Shown: piece by piece, positions 52,773 through 63,429 of the stretch
Layout of the letters: every line of letters starts with the position of its first letter
Position numbering within the stretch: the first letter of the stretch is position 1
Source: Haliotis cracherodii
Taxonomy: Eukaryota
Reading direction: 5' to 3'
Assembly (NCBI RefSeq): GCF_022045235.1
Contig: NW_027266275.1
Span: 57,846,001-57,910,000 of the forward strand
Length of the DNA stretch: 64,000 nt
The notes under the pieces: generated by a model
Told to the model about the DNA's origin: nothing
What the model saw: only the letters and a program-made list of their open reading frames with translations
Database searches by the model: none
Program-made: the position numbers and the translations under genes

Positions 52773-53878
52773 ATCCTATTTTTAAACAATTAAAATAAAT
52801 ATACCCGAGACCACAAAAATGGCTACTTGAAACCTTCACAGTCCTTGTCAAAAGTTGACAGTCCCAAATCTTATGGAATAAAAAGTGATGGTGCACCATT
52901 CCCACACTGGTGGGTTTCACCAAGTGGAGAACACCAAACACTTTGGGCTGTCCTCCAACCTTAAGCTAATACGCCGAAATATAACTGGGATACTGTTAAA
53001 AAACGGTGTTACGGCCATCTCAGTACCTCAAACCACATAACAAAATCCAGTCACCTCGTGACCAATCTCATGAAAGTCTGATCTTCGTTACTGCTACCGA
53101 TAAACAATCCATTACAGGTCACGCCAGAAGGAACCGACCAATGAAATGTCTAACAAGAAGTCGACAGTCGATCAGAAAGCAGTTTTCTCGAGCTAAAGGT
53201 GAGGTGAGGTGAAATGGGGTTTAATGTTGTGTCCAATATAATTGCACTTATTAAGCAACGTGCTTGTACATGTGTGTGTTTGTGTGGCTGCTTGTACTAG
53301 TCCAGACTGATGCCAATTTATAGTGCTAGTTCACCGAGATACCATGCTGCAGTTAAACATGAATACCCCACTCAGACACAGTATACCGACTCCGAAACGA
53401 CCAGTCCTTGTTTTAGCCCCTTATTGCCGAGCACCAGACAGGGTAACAACATTATCCAGCTAGATGGCACAAGTTTCAAAATGAAGTTATTTCGGGTTGG
53501 GTTTCAGTGAATGGTATTTTTACAAAAGCCAATCACCTGTGGATACATTTCATGGTCTTTGCAGTACACAAACAACTTCCTTGTTCATGAGATGGACAAT
53601 ATCGCGGTGCTCAAGACTACAGCGTATCTTTGGAAACATTATAGGTTTTTTAATTTTTGTACAAAATAGACATGGAGATATGTATTAGTAATTGGCATAA
53701 CAAAAATGACCATCCACAGGACGGGCTATCATGGACTGAGGGAGGGGGATTATTTGCAACTCTGATTTTAAGTTCTAACCCAAGGGGTTTGTCCGCTCTG
53801 AAGAGAAGAATAGGGGTCTATTCTGATCTGGAATCCCCAAATTCATATGAATAGCCATTTAAATGAGCAGAGTTGGAG

Positions 53879-53948
53879 GGCAATGTTCAGCTGAGATTTT
53901 GTCTTCAACGAGATCAGTCCCGAAAGATGAAAACATCATTACAAAGCC
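53879..53948 (-). ncRNA. SNORD2: box C/D snoRNA, SNORD2/snR39B family (RPL18 intron 5, proximal copy)
   Basis: GGCTTTGTA-ATGATGT-TTTCATCTTTCGGGA-CTGA-TCTCG-TTGAAGA-CAAAATCTCAG-CTGA-ACATTGCC; extended terminal stem. Confidence 0.9.
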
Positions 53949-53998
53949 ATCCTTATTTTAAACAATAAATTTGCTCATCCCAGCTCAATCTTTCTCAC

Positions 53999-54122
53999 CT
54001 TGCATCAGCACTGTGTTCTGTCCCTTAGGAGATCTCAGCGCCAGCTGGTCAAATGTGATGATCTCACCACCATTGCTGAGGATACGGCCACGTGCCCGCT
54101 CAGTGACACGCAGAGCGCATAT
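53999..54122 (-). CDS. RPL18: RPL18 exon 5
   Basis: tgtag|[42 protein letters not shown]|gtgaga, 124 nt. Confidence 0.98.
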
Positions 54123-54171
54123 CTACAAAGATAAAATGTGCATTTGGAACAGACGGTCAACCACATTATAG

Positions 54172-54441
54172 TTAGTTGGGTTAAACGCTGCTTTTTACAG
54201 TATTCCAGTTATATCATGGTGAGTCAGCTAATCACTGTTAATGTGGTAGGAAAGCCCGAAGTGATGCAGGTCTGACGTTTACCACTTCGGTGAAACCCAC
54301 TATGGTGCAGACAAACCTAGAAACAAATCCAAGGCGAACTGTGATTCGAACCGATAATCACAGGTTTATGGTGTGCCCAAGGGACGCAACTCTGCACAGC
54401 CAATCACAGCGCCTTAGGCGACTGGGCCACCCGTGCCCCCC
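54172..54441 (-). mobile_element. SINE family C
   Basis: TSD AACCA(C/A)ATTATAG; ~50 nt from the RPL18 exon 5 acceptor. Confidence 0.88.
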
Positions 54442-55712
54442 AACCAAATTATAGATAGCAGTGTTAGTTTGAATATTTATAGAAGTTAGTATATTAAAGA
54501 TCACATGAAATAGTTATGTACATTATCACAGTAAGGTAATGATGTCAATTGCCCCCCAAAATCAAAACAACCAACAGGCTTACTTATTTACAATTATTGT
54601 TGTTTAACACAGTACTCAGCAATATTCCAGCTTTATCACAGAAACCTGTAAAAACAGTCTGGGTCAAACATCCCAGTGATTGATAAAGTCACTGAGCCCA
54701 ACAAACCAACCATAAAGTCATCTGATTCCACAACCCTAGGTTGCTGTTGACAATTCAGACCTGGAATTCCCATGTGGTCTCACTACAATCAGGGATAGAA
54801 ATTAGCACTTGTCCATTAGCATGATTAGGACTATCCCTAGCTAGTTTCCCTAATGTTAAGGTTTGGTTTTTGTTGTTGTTTAACGCCGGACTCTGCAATA
54901 TTCCAGCTATATGACGGCGGTCTGTAAATGATCGAGTCAGGGCCAGACAATCCAGTGATTGACATCATGAGCATCGATCCACGCAATTTTGGATCGATGA
55001 CATGCATCAACCAAGTCAGCGAGCCTGACCACCCATTCCCGTTAGTCGCCTTTTACGACAAGCATAGTCACCTTTTAAGGCAAGTATGGGTTGCTGTAAA
55101 GTTAAGGATATCCTATGGCTGGTAAACTTTCAAACCTTTTGGGGGATGTTCATCTAGTATTTCGGCTAGTAAACTTCCTCCGTTAATTAATATGCCTGCT
55201 ACAATTGAAGCATTAACTGCACACAGCTTCAAAAACACTGTGCACTTTGTGATTGGGAAAGACTTTGGCCCCGCATTTACAAAATTTACCAGCCATTTTG
55301 GTATATATGGGCCATAAATTTCACAACATTGGCCATCAATAATTGCAATGGGCTATAAATTCAATATCATGCACAACTGCATCCACATTCAACAATATCA
55401 ACATCACCCTAACTATCACTGCTATCTTTGTTTGACGTTCAAAAACAAAAGTTTTCGGTCGGAAACAATCTGTTGTGTCTACATATTCCATGTATTAAGT
55501 TGACTGTACCAATAACTTCAATTCTTGTGAAACTGAGCAAAAGCACTTATTTCTGTCAGTGGATCAAGTTTCAGTTGATTTTTTTTTTTGACAGGAGGGA
55601 ATCAGTGGATATACGATCTTCCCATCGACAAACTGTACAAGTTATTGTCATCATCTTATTCTAAACAGCATGTGCCACCTGATCACTCGCATCTCTTCAG
55701 ATATACAAATTA

Positions 55713-56480
55713 CAGTCAAGTCTCGTTCATCCGACAATCGGCTTTATCCGACACTAATGATGGGAACTAAATAAATCAGTACTATTTTGACAAGTCTCGC
55801 ACTGACTCCAAAACACCTAATTTGTGATGAATTAAGGAAATCACTCATTAATCAGTCTTGTTAATCCGACACGGTGATCAGAGTACTCCTTGGTCATCTG
55901 CCCGCAAATACACAGCCTGTGTTTTGATGCGAGACGAGTCGGCTACAGAGATAAACTTGCTTAACAATAAACAATTCATGCTTTAACAAAGAAAACAGGA
56001 TTTATCCCATACTTAGATTACCTCAATCTCATTAAAATCAGATACAAGTTCTTGCTATCGCTGAGGACATCCCATTACAGGTCACGTCACAACCTTTCGC
56101 GAACTATGACCGACCAATGAAATGACTAACAGGACGTCAACATTAGCCACTTAGAAAGCAGCTTTCTTAAGCTTTGCGGTACCAATTTCAAACTTGCGAC
56201 TTCCATTCCAGACTATAATTTTTAAGTATTTTGAATAAGTCATACAGGTCATAAGAGTTTTGTGTTGAGCTTTAGAGGTTGCATGATTAGAAAATCTATT
56301 CCGCTAACAATGTAACATAACAATATGAATACTTCATTTGTTTTTTTAATAACACCTTTGTATCGTTATTTATCGTGTAGTTGTTGGATTTCCGATCATG
56401 AACAATTGATACTACTTAATTTCGCTTATCCGACATACTTGTCGGATGTCCAACCATGTCAGATAAACGAGATTTGACAG
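55713..56480. mobile_element. pogo/Tigger-like MITE (degenerate)
   Basis: imperfect TIRs CAGTCAAGTCTCGTTCATCCGACA / TGTCAGATAAACGAGATTTGACAG; repeated ATCCGACA motifs; TA on left only. Confidence 0.65.
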
Positions 56481-56521
56481 TTCATTTTTTAATATTTTAT
56501 TTTTTCTAATCACAAAGGGCA

Positions 56522-56585
56522 TGGTGTTCAGCAAAGATCTGACTTCATTAGAATCAGTCCCGAAAGATGAACCATCATTACACCA
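56522..56585 (-). ncRNA. SNORD2: box C/D snoRNA, SNORD2/snR39B family (RPL18 intron 4)
   Basis: TGGTGTA-ATGATGG-TTCATCTTTCGGGA-CTGA-TTCTA-ATGAAGT-CAGATCTTTG-CTGA-ACACCA. Confidence 0.93.
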
Positions 56586-56653
56586 GATTCTGCTGAAGAT
56601 CCTCTCGCACCACAACTTAATTGTTAAAGACCCAGGACTGAAGTGATTATTAC

Positions 56654-56752
56654 CTTCAGCTTGGGCACCTTGAGAAGACGGATGTCGTCTGTGACAGTTC
56701 CAACAATAACAGCAACCTTTGTGTCACGACCTGGCTTCCTCATCAGACGAAC
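56654..56752 (-). CDS. RPL18: RPL18 exon 4
   Basis: ccag|[33 protein letters not shown]|gtaata, 99 nt. Confidence 0.98.
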
Positions 56753-57200
56753 CTGGCCAGATAAACATCACCATTAACAACCACCTCAATTTGTAACAAT
56801 ACCGTCAAAGTCATCAACAGATCCAGTGGATCCTAATGGATGCATACATGGCTATACATGGTTCATACAAATCTTGAGCCAAGAAATTGTAGGCCATTTT
56901 CATGGCAGGGGTGGAGTAGCCTTGCGATTAAACCTGTTTGATTGGCATTCTAGTTTTGTTTGTTTATTTATTGTTTAACGCCGCACTCAGCTATATGACG
57001 GCAGTCTGTAAATAATCGAGTCCGGACCAGACAATCCAGTGATTGACATCATGAGCATCAATCCACCCAATTGGGATACGATGACGTGCATCAACCAAGT
57101 CAGTGAGTTTGACCACTCGGTCCCGTTAGACACTTCTTACGACAAGCACAGCTGCCTTTTGTGGCAAGCATGGGTTGCTGCAGACCTATTAGCATTCCAG

Positions 57201-57361
57201 TGAGTGAGTATGGTTTTACGCTGCTTTTTGCAATATTCCAGCAATATAACGGCGAGGGACACCAGAAACTGGCTTCACACATTGTACCCATGTAGGGAAT
57301 CGAACCCAGGTCTTCGGTGTGACGAGCTAACCCTTTAACCACTAGGCTACCCCATCGCCCC
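57201..57361 (-). mobile_element. SINE family A
   Basis: reverse complement of the 28285 copy; flanked by ATT(A/G)GCATTC repeats. Confidence 0.9.
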
Positions 57362-57465
57362 GATTGGCATTCAAGAAGTTGGTGAGTAAAAATGAAAACA
57401 TACAACTTTATGGATAACAGCTTCCGGTTTACTGCGTTAAGCGACATTTTGATGTACATTCTTAC

Positions 57466-57850
57466 GGGGGTCGGAACGATACATTGATGCACTGGTACAT
57501 AGTGAGTTTTCATGTGACGATACAACACACAGTGCATTTTTCTCTGTATTGATACAAGATGATATTGCTGAAATAAATTACTTACTACTTGTTAATATAC
57601 CCCTGGCGTTTTTATCAGTCAGATATAGGAAAATGATTAGCGTTTCAGGTTCACTACACACACAAAAAATCAACAACAAAAAATCGCCATTACAAACATG
57701 TCTACAGCTAGCTCTTCCTTTTGAACCTGCTCTGGAATATTTATTGTCAAGATGTTTCCATGCGATTTGACGTAATTATGTGTATCGCCATACATATCGC
57801 ATTGTGACCTATGTATCATATGGGTATCATGCTATATCGTTTCACCCCTA
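57466..57850. mobile_element. hAT-like MITE
   Basis: 8-bp TSD ATTCTTAC (57458-65, 57851-58); right end TATCGTTTCACCCCTA, left end degenerate GGGGGTCGGAACGATA. Confidence 0.72.
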
Positions 57851-57979
57851 ATTCTTACATCGTTATGAAGCTGAAGTGACTACAAGCAAGTAATGAGAAG
57901 TATATATTTTACACCTGACACAATTATGTTGTGATAAGCAGCAGATTAATCAACAAAAACAGGTAATGGATAACAGGTA

Positions 57980-59104
57980 CCGTATTTTCTTGAGTATAGT
58001 GTGCACCCCCCTCTAGCAGATTCAGTGTTTTGAAAAAAAAATGATTGAATGGCATGCGCAGAAAAAAAATACACCGTAGATCTACCCCTTCAGTGAATTC
58101 CGGTAAACGAAAGGGTCATGAGAAACTTGGTCAGTACAAATTCGAAATTTGAGATAAAAAAAAATATATAAAAAAATCTTTAAAAAAAATCACCAGACAT
58201 GTTTATTTAACGTTTAAATTGTATTCTTTGTTCGGCTAGGCATTGTTTTACATCCAGGGATTAAGATTACCTTGTGTATTTTCTCATAAACTAAGCCGGA
58301 AACAGCAATCAGCTGTACACTCGTTTTCTTGGAATCTACTGGTGACACCCCCAATGATATAACTTTACAGGATTTTAATGCAAGGATCGGCTTAAATTGT
58401 ATCTGAAACTAATTTATTGATTAGGAATAATATATCCCAATATCTTGTTAATTTAGTTGCAGCTTTCACTAAACATGTTTTAAACAATAATACCCCTAAG
58501 CAAAGCAGCTGATCGCTATTGCCGGTTATTATTTTTCACATGGAACCAGTCTGACCAGTCACCGTCAAGGCTCCCGCGCACGTGAACTACGTGTTGACAT
58601 AGAATCGTCAAACTATAACAAATATGACTTTTAACGAGTCAAAGTATGGCATTTATGATATATGTATCCATTCTCTGTCAACTAATGTTTGTTTCAAGGC
58701 GTCACTAGTGGTAATCTGACCGTGGTTGCTGTTAATAACGGTGAGTTGTGCCATCTTCAGATCGCTTCACACACGATTTCGCCGAAACTATTTAAAACAA
58801 TATTAAAAGGAATTTTGAATACAATTAATGAAATAAGTTACATACATAAGTCCGGAAATACAAAGAACACTTTTTATAGCCAGACAGTGTAATTACATGA
58901 TTAATTTGCGTACATCAGTATGGATTTGTTGACATGGTATTTCCGATATTTCCGATGTTACGTGTTCACTGTAATATCTTTCGATGGGGGGGGGGGGGGG
59001 GGGGGGGAAGGAAAAACCTCATATTTTGTGTATAATGCGCACCCCCTTCTACACAGCTTTGTTTTTTGGAAAAAAAGTGTGCACTTATACTCATGAAAAT
59101 ACGG
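57980..59104. mobile_element. non-autonomous Tc2/pogo-like DNA transposon (~1.1 kb)
   Basis: TIRs CCGTATTTTC(T/A)TGAGTATA, TA TSDs, repeated subterminal GTATARTGYGCACCCCC. Confidence 0.85.
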
Positions 59105-59424
59105 TAGAACAGATAAATGGATTGGACAATTGGACAGATGCACAGCATGAATAACAAATAAGACACGGGTAATGAACATGATGAAGCCAGTTATACAGTA
59201 AAGATTAAAAAGTTCAACAAGCTGATTGGATATAAAAAAAATGGATTGCTAGATTAGATCTTCATCGGCAGACGGGACAGCATTATGACATATGCATCCA
59301 TTCTCTGATAAGTAAGGTTCATTTCAAGGTGTCAGATTTGTTGACATGTTATTTCCTCTTATCACAAGTTACTATAAAGATAACTTCTTTGAGTGGCATT
59401 TAGAAGTTGGAATGGTAACTAAGA

Positions 59425-59480
59425 TTTGCTTGATAACGGTGTTGGAATCTACACCGAAACGTCGCCCAATTGTAATAAAG
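59425..59480 (+). other. Penelope-type minimal hammerhead ribozyme-like motif followed by AATAAA
   Basis: GC-TTGATAA-C-GGTGT(TGGAATCT)ACACC-GAAA-CG-TC-GC, AATAAA at 59474-79. Confidence 0.6.
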
Positions 59481-59561
59481 AAGTTGCTCATCCATAACAA
59501 TTTTGTCTTAGTTACTACAAAGATTCTGCCAATTCCTCAAAAAGGATAGTTATAGATATGT

Positions 59562-59623
59562 GGTGTTCAGCAAAAACGTGACTTCATTAGAATCAGTCCC
59601 GAAAGATGAAACATCATAACACC
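59562..59623 (-). ncRNA. SNORD2: box C/D snoRNA, SNORD2/snR39B family (RPL18 intron 3)
   Basis: GGTGTT-ATGATGT-TTCATCTTTCGGGA-CTGA-TTCTA-ATGAAGT-CACGTTTTTG-CTGA-ACACC; terminal stem; guide complementary to 28S CCCGAAAGAUG. Confidence 0.92.
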
Positions 59624-59694
59624 TGTTTCCTTACAAGCATCAAAACAGATTTCCAAACCTTATTTCATTTTTTTAAGTTACACGCACTACTTAC

Positions 59695-59802
59695 TATTTT
59701 AGCCAGTGAGATGGGAGGTTTGTTGGTGTTGCTCATGAACAGCCTCCTGAGGATCACCTTGTTAAACTTGGCATTGGTTCTCCTAGCCAAGAAGCGGTAT
59801 AG
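59695..59802 (-). CDS. RPL18: RPL18 exon 3
   Basis: ttcag|[36 protein letters not shown]|gtaagt, 108 nt. Confidence 0.98.
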
Positions 59803-60104
59803 CTGAAAACAGGCAAAAGAAACAGCTGTGCTGAACAAGAGCATTATTTCAAGAAAAATTGAACTGTTAAATCTGTCAAAACATTGATCAAATGGATTTC
59901 CATAAACAAGAATTTATTAATCAACACTTGGGGTATGATAGACAGGTAAAGGCATCATGGATTTTCTCAAGTGAAGGTTTTATTTGTGAACAATACCTAA
60001 TTCTCCATTATTATAGATCCCATCATCAACTCTGTGGTATAATCATGCACAAAACTACCTAAAGGCATCGCATTTCGAGTGAATGTTGATAAGACCTGTG
60101 AAGA

Positions 60105-60356
60105 CCTGTGAAGATCCGGGTTAGAATCGGTCTTCATCAACCCATGCTTGCCGTAAAAGTGAGTATGCTTGTCGTAAAAGGCGACTAACAGGATTGGGTG
60201 GTCAGGCCCGCCAAGTTGGTTGTAAATGTCATCGTTTCCCAATTACATGGATCAATGTTCATGATGTCAATCACTGGATTGTCTGGTCCAGACTCGATTA
60301 TTTACAGACCGTCTTAAAACTGGAATATTGCTGAGTGTGGTGTTAAATAACAAACG
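60105..60356 (+). mobile_element. SINE-like family B
   Basis: full-length copy starting CCTGTGAAGATCCGGG, in RPL18 intron 2. Confidence 0.88.
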
Positions 60357-61721
60357 AATGTTGGTAATGGTATGGGATGTTGGGTGAGAAAGTCAAGGAA
60401 ATATTTCCAAAAGAAACAGTCTTCCTCCAAGGCATTTTATTTTTTCTTCTTTAAGCTTGGATATTGATGACAATGCAATAAACACATACCTGCAACACAC
60501 CCTTCTCATCCATGCACACACATTTGGACTCTTCATTAAGAAAAGATGTTTGAAAACTATCCTTTAACTTGTTTAACCATGTTAACAGTAACATTAATAG
60601 TACTACTTGTTGCTAGATGCATGTCGTGGGGTTTCTAGGTAAGAATAGTCACTGCTTAATGAGGAATGGGTGGTGAGATTCGTTATGGTAGATTCTGTGT
60701 TTTTTTTGTTCATGTTTTCAGTCACTGTTAACGTGGTCCAGAATTTCCACAGGCCAATGTGATATAGCTGGAGTATTGTCAACTGCTAGCTGTTGGTGTT
60801 TATACTTGAAATGAAATGGGGCTTGGGGTTTAACACATTCAAGATTGCACTTATATAACGACATGCATATGTGTCTGCTTGTACTAGTCCAGACTAGCAA
60901 GTATTACACTGTAATAGTGCTAGCTCACCATGTTGCAGTTTAACACATACCTCACCAGCTTAACACAGATACCTCACTCAGTCTACAGACTTCAAGCTGA
61001 CCAGTCTTTGTCTTATCCCCTTATTGCCAAGCGCAAGGCAGGGCAACAACATGTAACATCTCTTGATGTCTTTTGGAAAGCAGCTTGGGATCGAAACGAG
61101 GTGTCATTCTCCAGGCAGAAGCTCTATCCACCAGACCACAAGATTCATGTTGCAGGCTTAGCTATGATCATGACGACAGCATTGTTTATATTACGTTCAT
61201 AGATTTACAAGCATTGCTTGTTGTATAACACCAAACACAGCAATCTTCCAGCCATATGACGTTGGTCTCTAAATAAACAAGTGTGGACCAGACAATCCAG
61301 TGATTGATATATCATGAGGTTCCTGAAGACCTATTCTAACCCGAATCTTCACAGGTTTCACAAGCATTGAAGCAACGAGTCCGAGAAAGCTAACGAACTG
61401 TAAACAGACTTTTCGGTAAGTCGAGGCTAATAGCATACTAGTCAACACGGAATAGAAGACAGCATTGCTAATTTGCAAGTAAATAAGGCATCCTTGTAAT
61501 CTTGAAGATTAATATAACACGTGTATGAGCATTGTAAAATGTGTAAAAGTTATACGAAGTCATAATTACAACACGATGTCATTCTTGGATCATGAAATAG
61601 ATCGAAACTTCTAAGTGCTTCACATGTTTCCGTAGTGTCTGGAGAGTCATAAGGTTACACTAACAGTTAAATATAAGTTTCCAAAGAATAACATGAATGA
61701 GAAAAATGACACAAAACTTAC

Positions 61722-61808
61722 TTTCACCAAAAGCCTCAGATAGATATCCTGGCTCCTGGGCTGGGTCCTTCTGACCTTTCGGTCATACTTATGTGTAATG
61801 TCTATACC
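61722..61808 (-). CDS. RPL18: 60S ribosomal protein L18 (eL18) exon 2
   Basis: tttag|[29 protein letters not shown]|gtaagt, 87 nt. Confidence 0.98.
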
Positions 61809-61937
61809 CTAAAAAGAAAAGAAAACGATAGTTTAATCATTGTACTTTCAGAAAATATTTATTACTGGAAGTTGAAACAACTGATTGGCACGATACAAGG
61901 ACGATGATTAGACATGTATTGATGTCTACATGCTCAC

Positions 61938-61940
61938 CAT
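61938..61940 (-). CDS. RPL18: RPL18 exon 1 (ATG only)
   Basis: minus strand cttcctttcaacaagaccccaaagATG|gtgagc; ATG-only first coding exon as in vertebrate RPL18. Confidence 0.93.
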
Positions 61941-61955
61941 CTTTGGGGTCTTGTT

Positions 61956-61964
61956 GAAAGGAAG
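61956..61964 (-). promoter_or_regulatory. TCT initiator / 5'TOP pyrimidine tract of RPL18
   Basis: minus strand CTTCCTTTC 15 nt before the ATG; characteristic of ribosomal-protein genes. Confidence 0.85.
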
Positions 61965-63429
61965 TTGCAAGGGATTTTGGGAAATATTCAAGGGAGGTTA
62001 CTCTCAGCTAAACATTCATGAGCTATTGGTTCGAAGCGCAGTTTTACCATTTGTTCCCACTTTTATTATAGTTATATATTATACTAAATCATAACTGATA
62101 TGTATTTTTAAATATCGAAAAATCAATCTGAGATATCCTATGATTTATTTTCTATTTAGAAAAATCAAAATTGTGATAGATCTAGCTCTAGATCTATCTA
62201 AAAATGAAATCTTATTGTCGAATTTCCGAATTTGTTATATCAATTTTTCAATAAATCAATAATTGACATAATGAAACGGCAAACAAACCGGCGCCTTATT
62301 CTAGGAGTTATCACTCATGAGAAAACATGCATTTTCAATGTTTACCAGTCTCGTAATCCGGGAGTTTTTTTCTACTGCGACATTCAACAAATCAATTGTG
62401 CGTTGCGATGCTTTTTGCATTAATGTCTACACCAAGAATGAGCTCCACACAATGTACCCATTTGGGAATCGAACCCGGGTCTTTGGCATGACTGCGAACG
62501 GTTTATCCACAGGGCTACCCAACCGCTCCGATGTAACTAATCCCACATAAAATCCTGCGTTTTATGTAGTAATATTCAAGAGTTTTTTTTTTAAAATAAT
62601 GTGTTTTACTTGTGCTGAAATTATATCGCAAAATCGGATTTTTCGTCTCAAGTCATTGGCAGTTATGGGTTATAGAGAAAACAACCCCTTGCAAAAAAAT
62701 GTAAAGTAATGGGAATTGTGTGTAATAAAGAAATAAGTACACGATTAACATGACAACTCTAATTATGTGTCCACATACATATATATATTTATGCAAGACA
62801 GTGTTAATGAGAGTGAACTGTAACAACGGGAGGTGGGGAGCTATTGGTATGGAGCATTCTGTTTCCACCATCGACTGTCCAGTGTATAATATTCCCATTC
62901 TGTTACATCTACCACGGTAGAATGAAAACTAATACACAGGATAATCGAGTGCTGCTCTTGTAAATTTCATTTTTAAGCCATGATGCAACTCGAGAAACAC
63001 GAGAAAACAGGTTAAGGTTGGAGTTACAGAGTTGAACGGTCGGAAAGTCGGGAACATATATTTATTTTCTGGCCTAATTATTTATAAAAACATGTCATAA
63101 ATCCATTATTACCCACAAGTAATAACTTTATAAGCTGGTCAAGTGGGCGACACACGGGAGTATGTTTTTGATGTCTATAGCTGGTAAGAGGAAATGCTTG
63201 ACAAGTCGTGGTCCGTCGGCATATATCAACATACAGGACAGTTCATGTTGTCTTAACTTTTTGGAAGACATTTGTGACTGTAATGGCTGACACCAGTCTT
63301 ATCCTATCCTATCCTATCCACATTTCTAACAAAGATGAGTGGCCTTTGCTTTATTAACCCACTTCCGTGGTTCTATATTATTTACAGCTGAATTATTATA
63401 CGTTACAATTAAAATTCTAAGATAATTTA

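Noticed and set aside
53060-53195. ~135-bp sequence shared with 56025-56175 in two RPL18 introns; possible second snoRNA family
   Set aside because: No C/D or H/ACA layout, and the 56025 copy lies inside the 55713-56480 MITE, so it is most likely a transposon fragment
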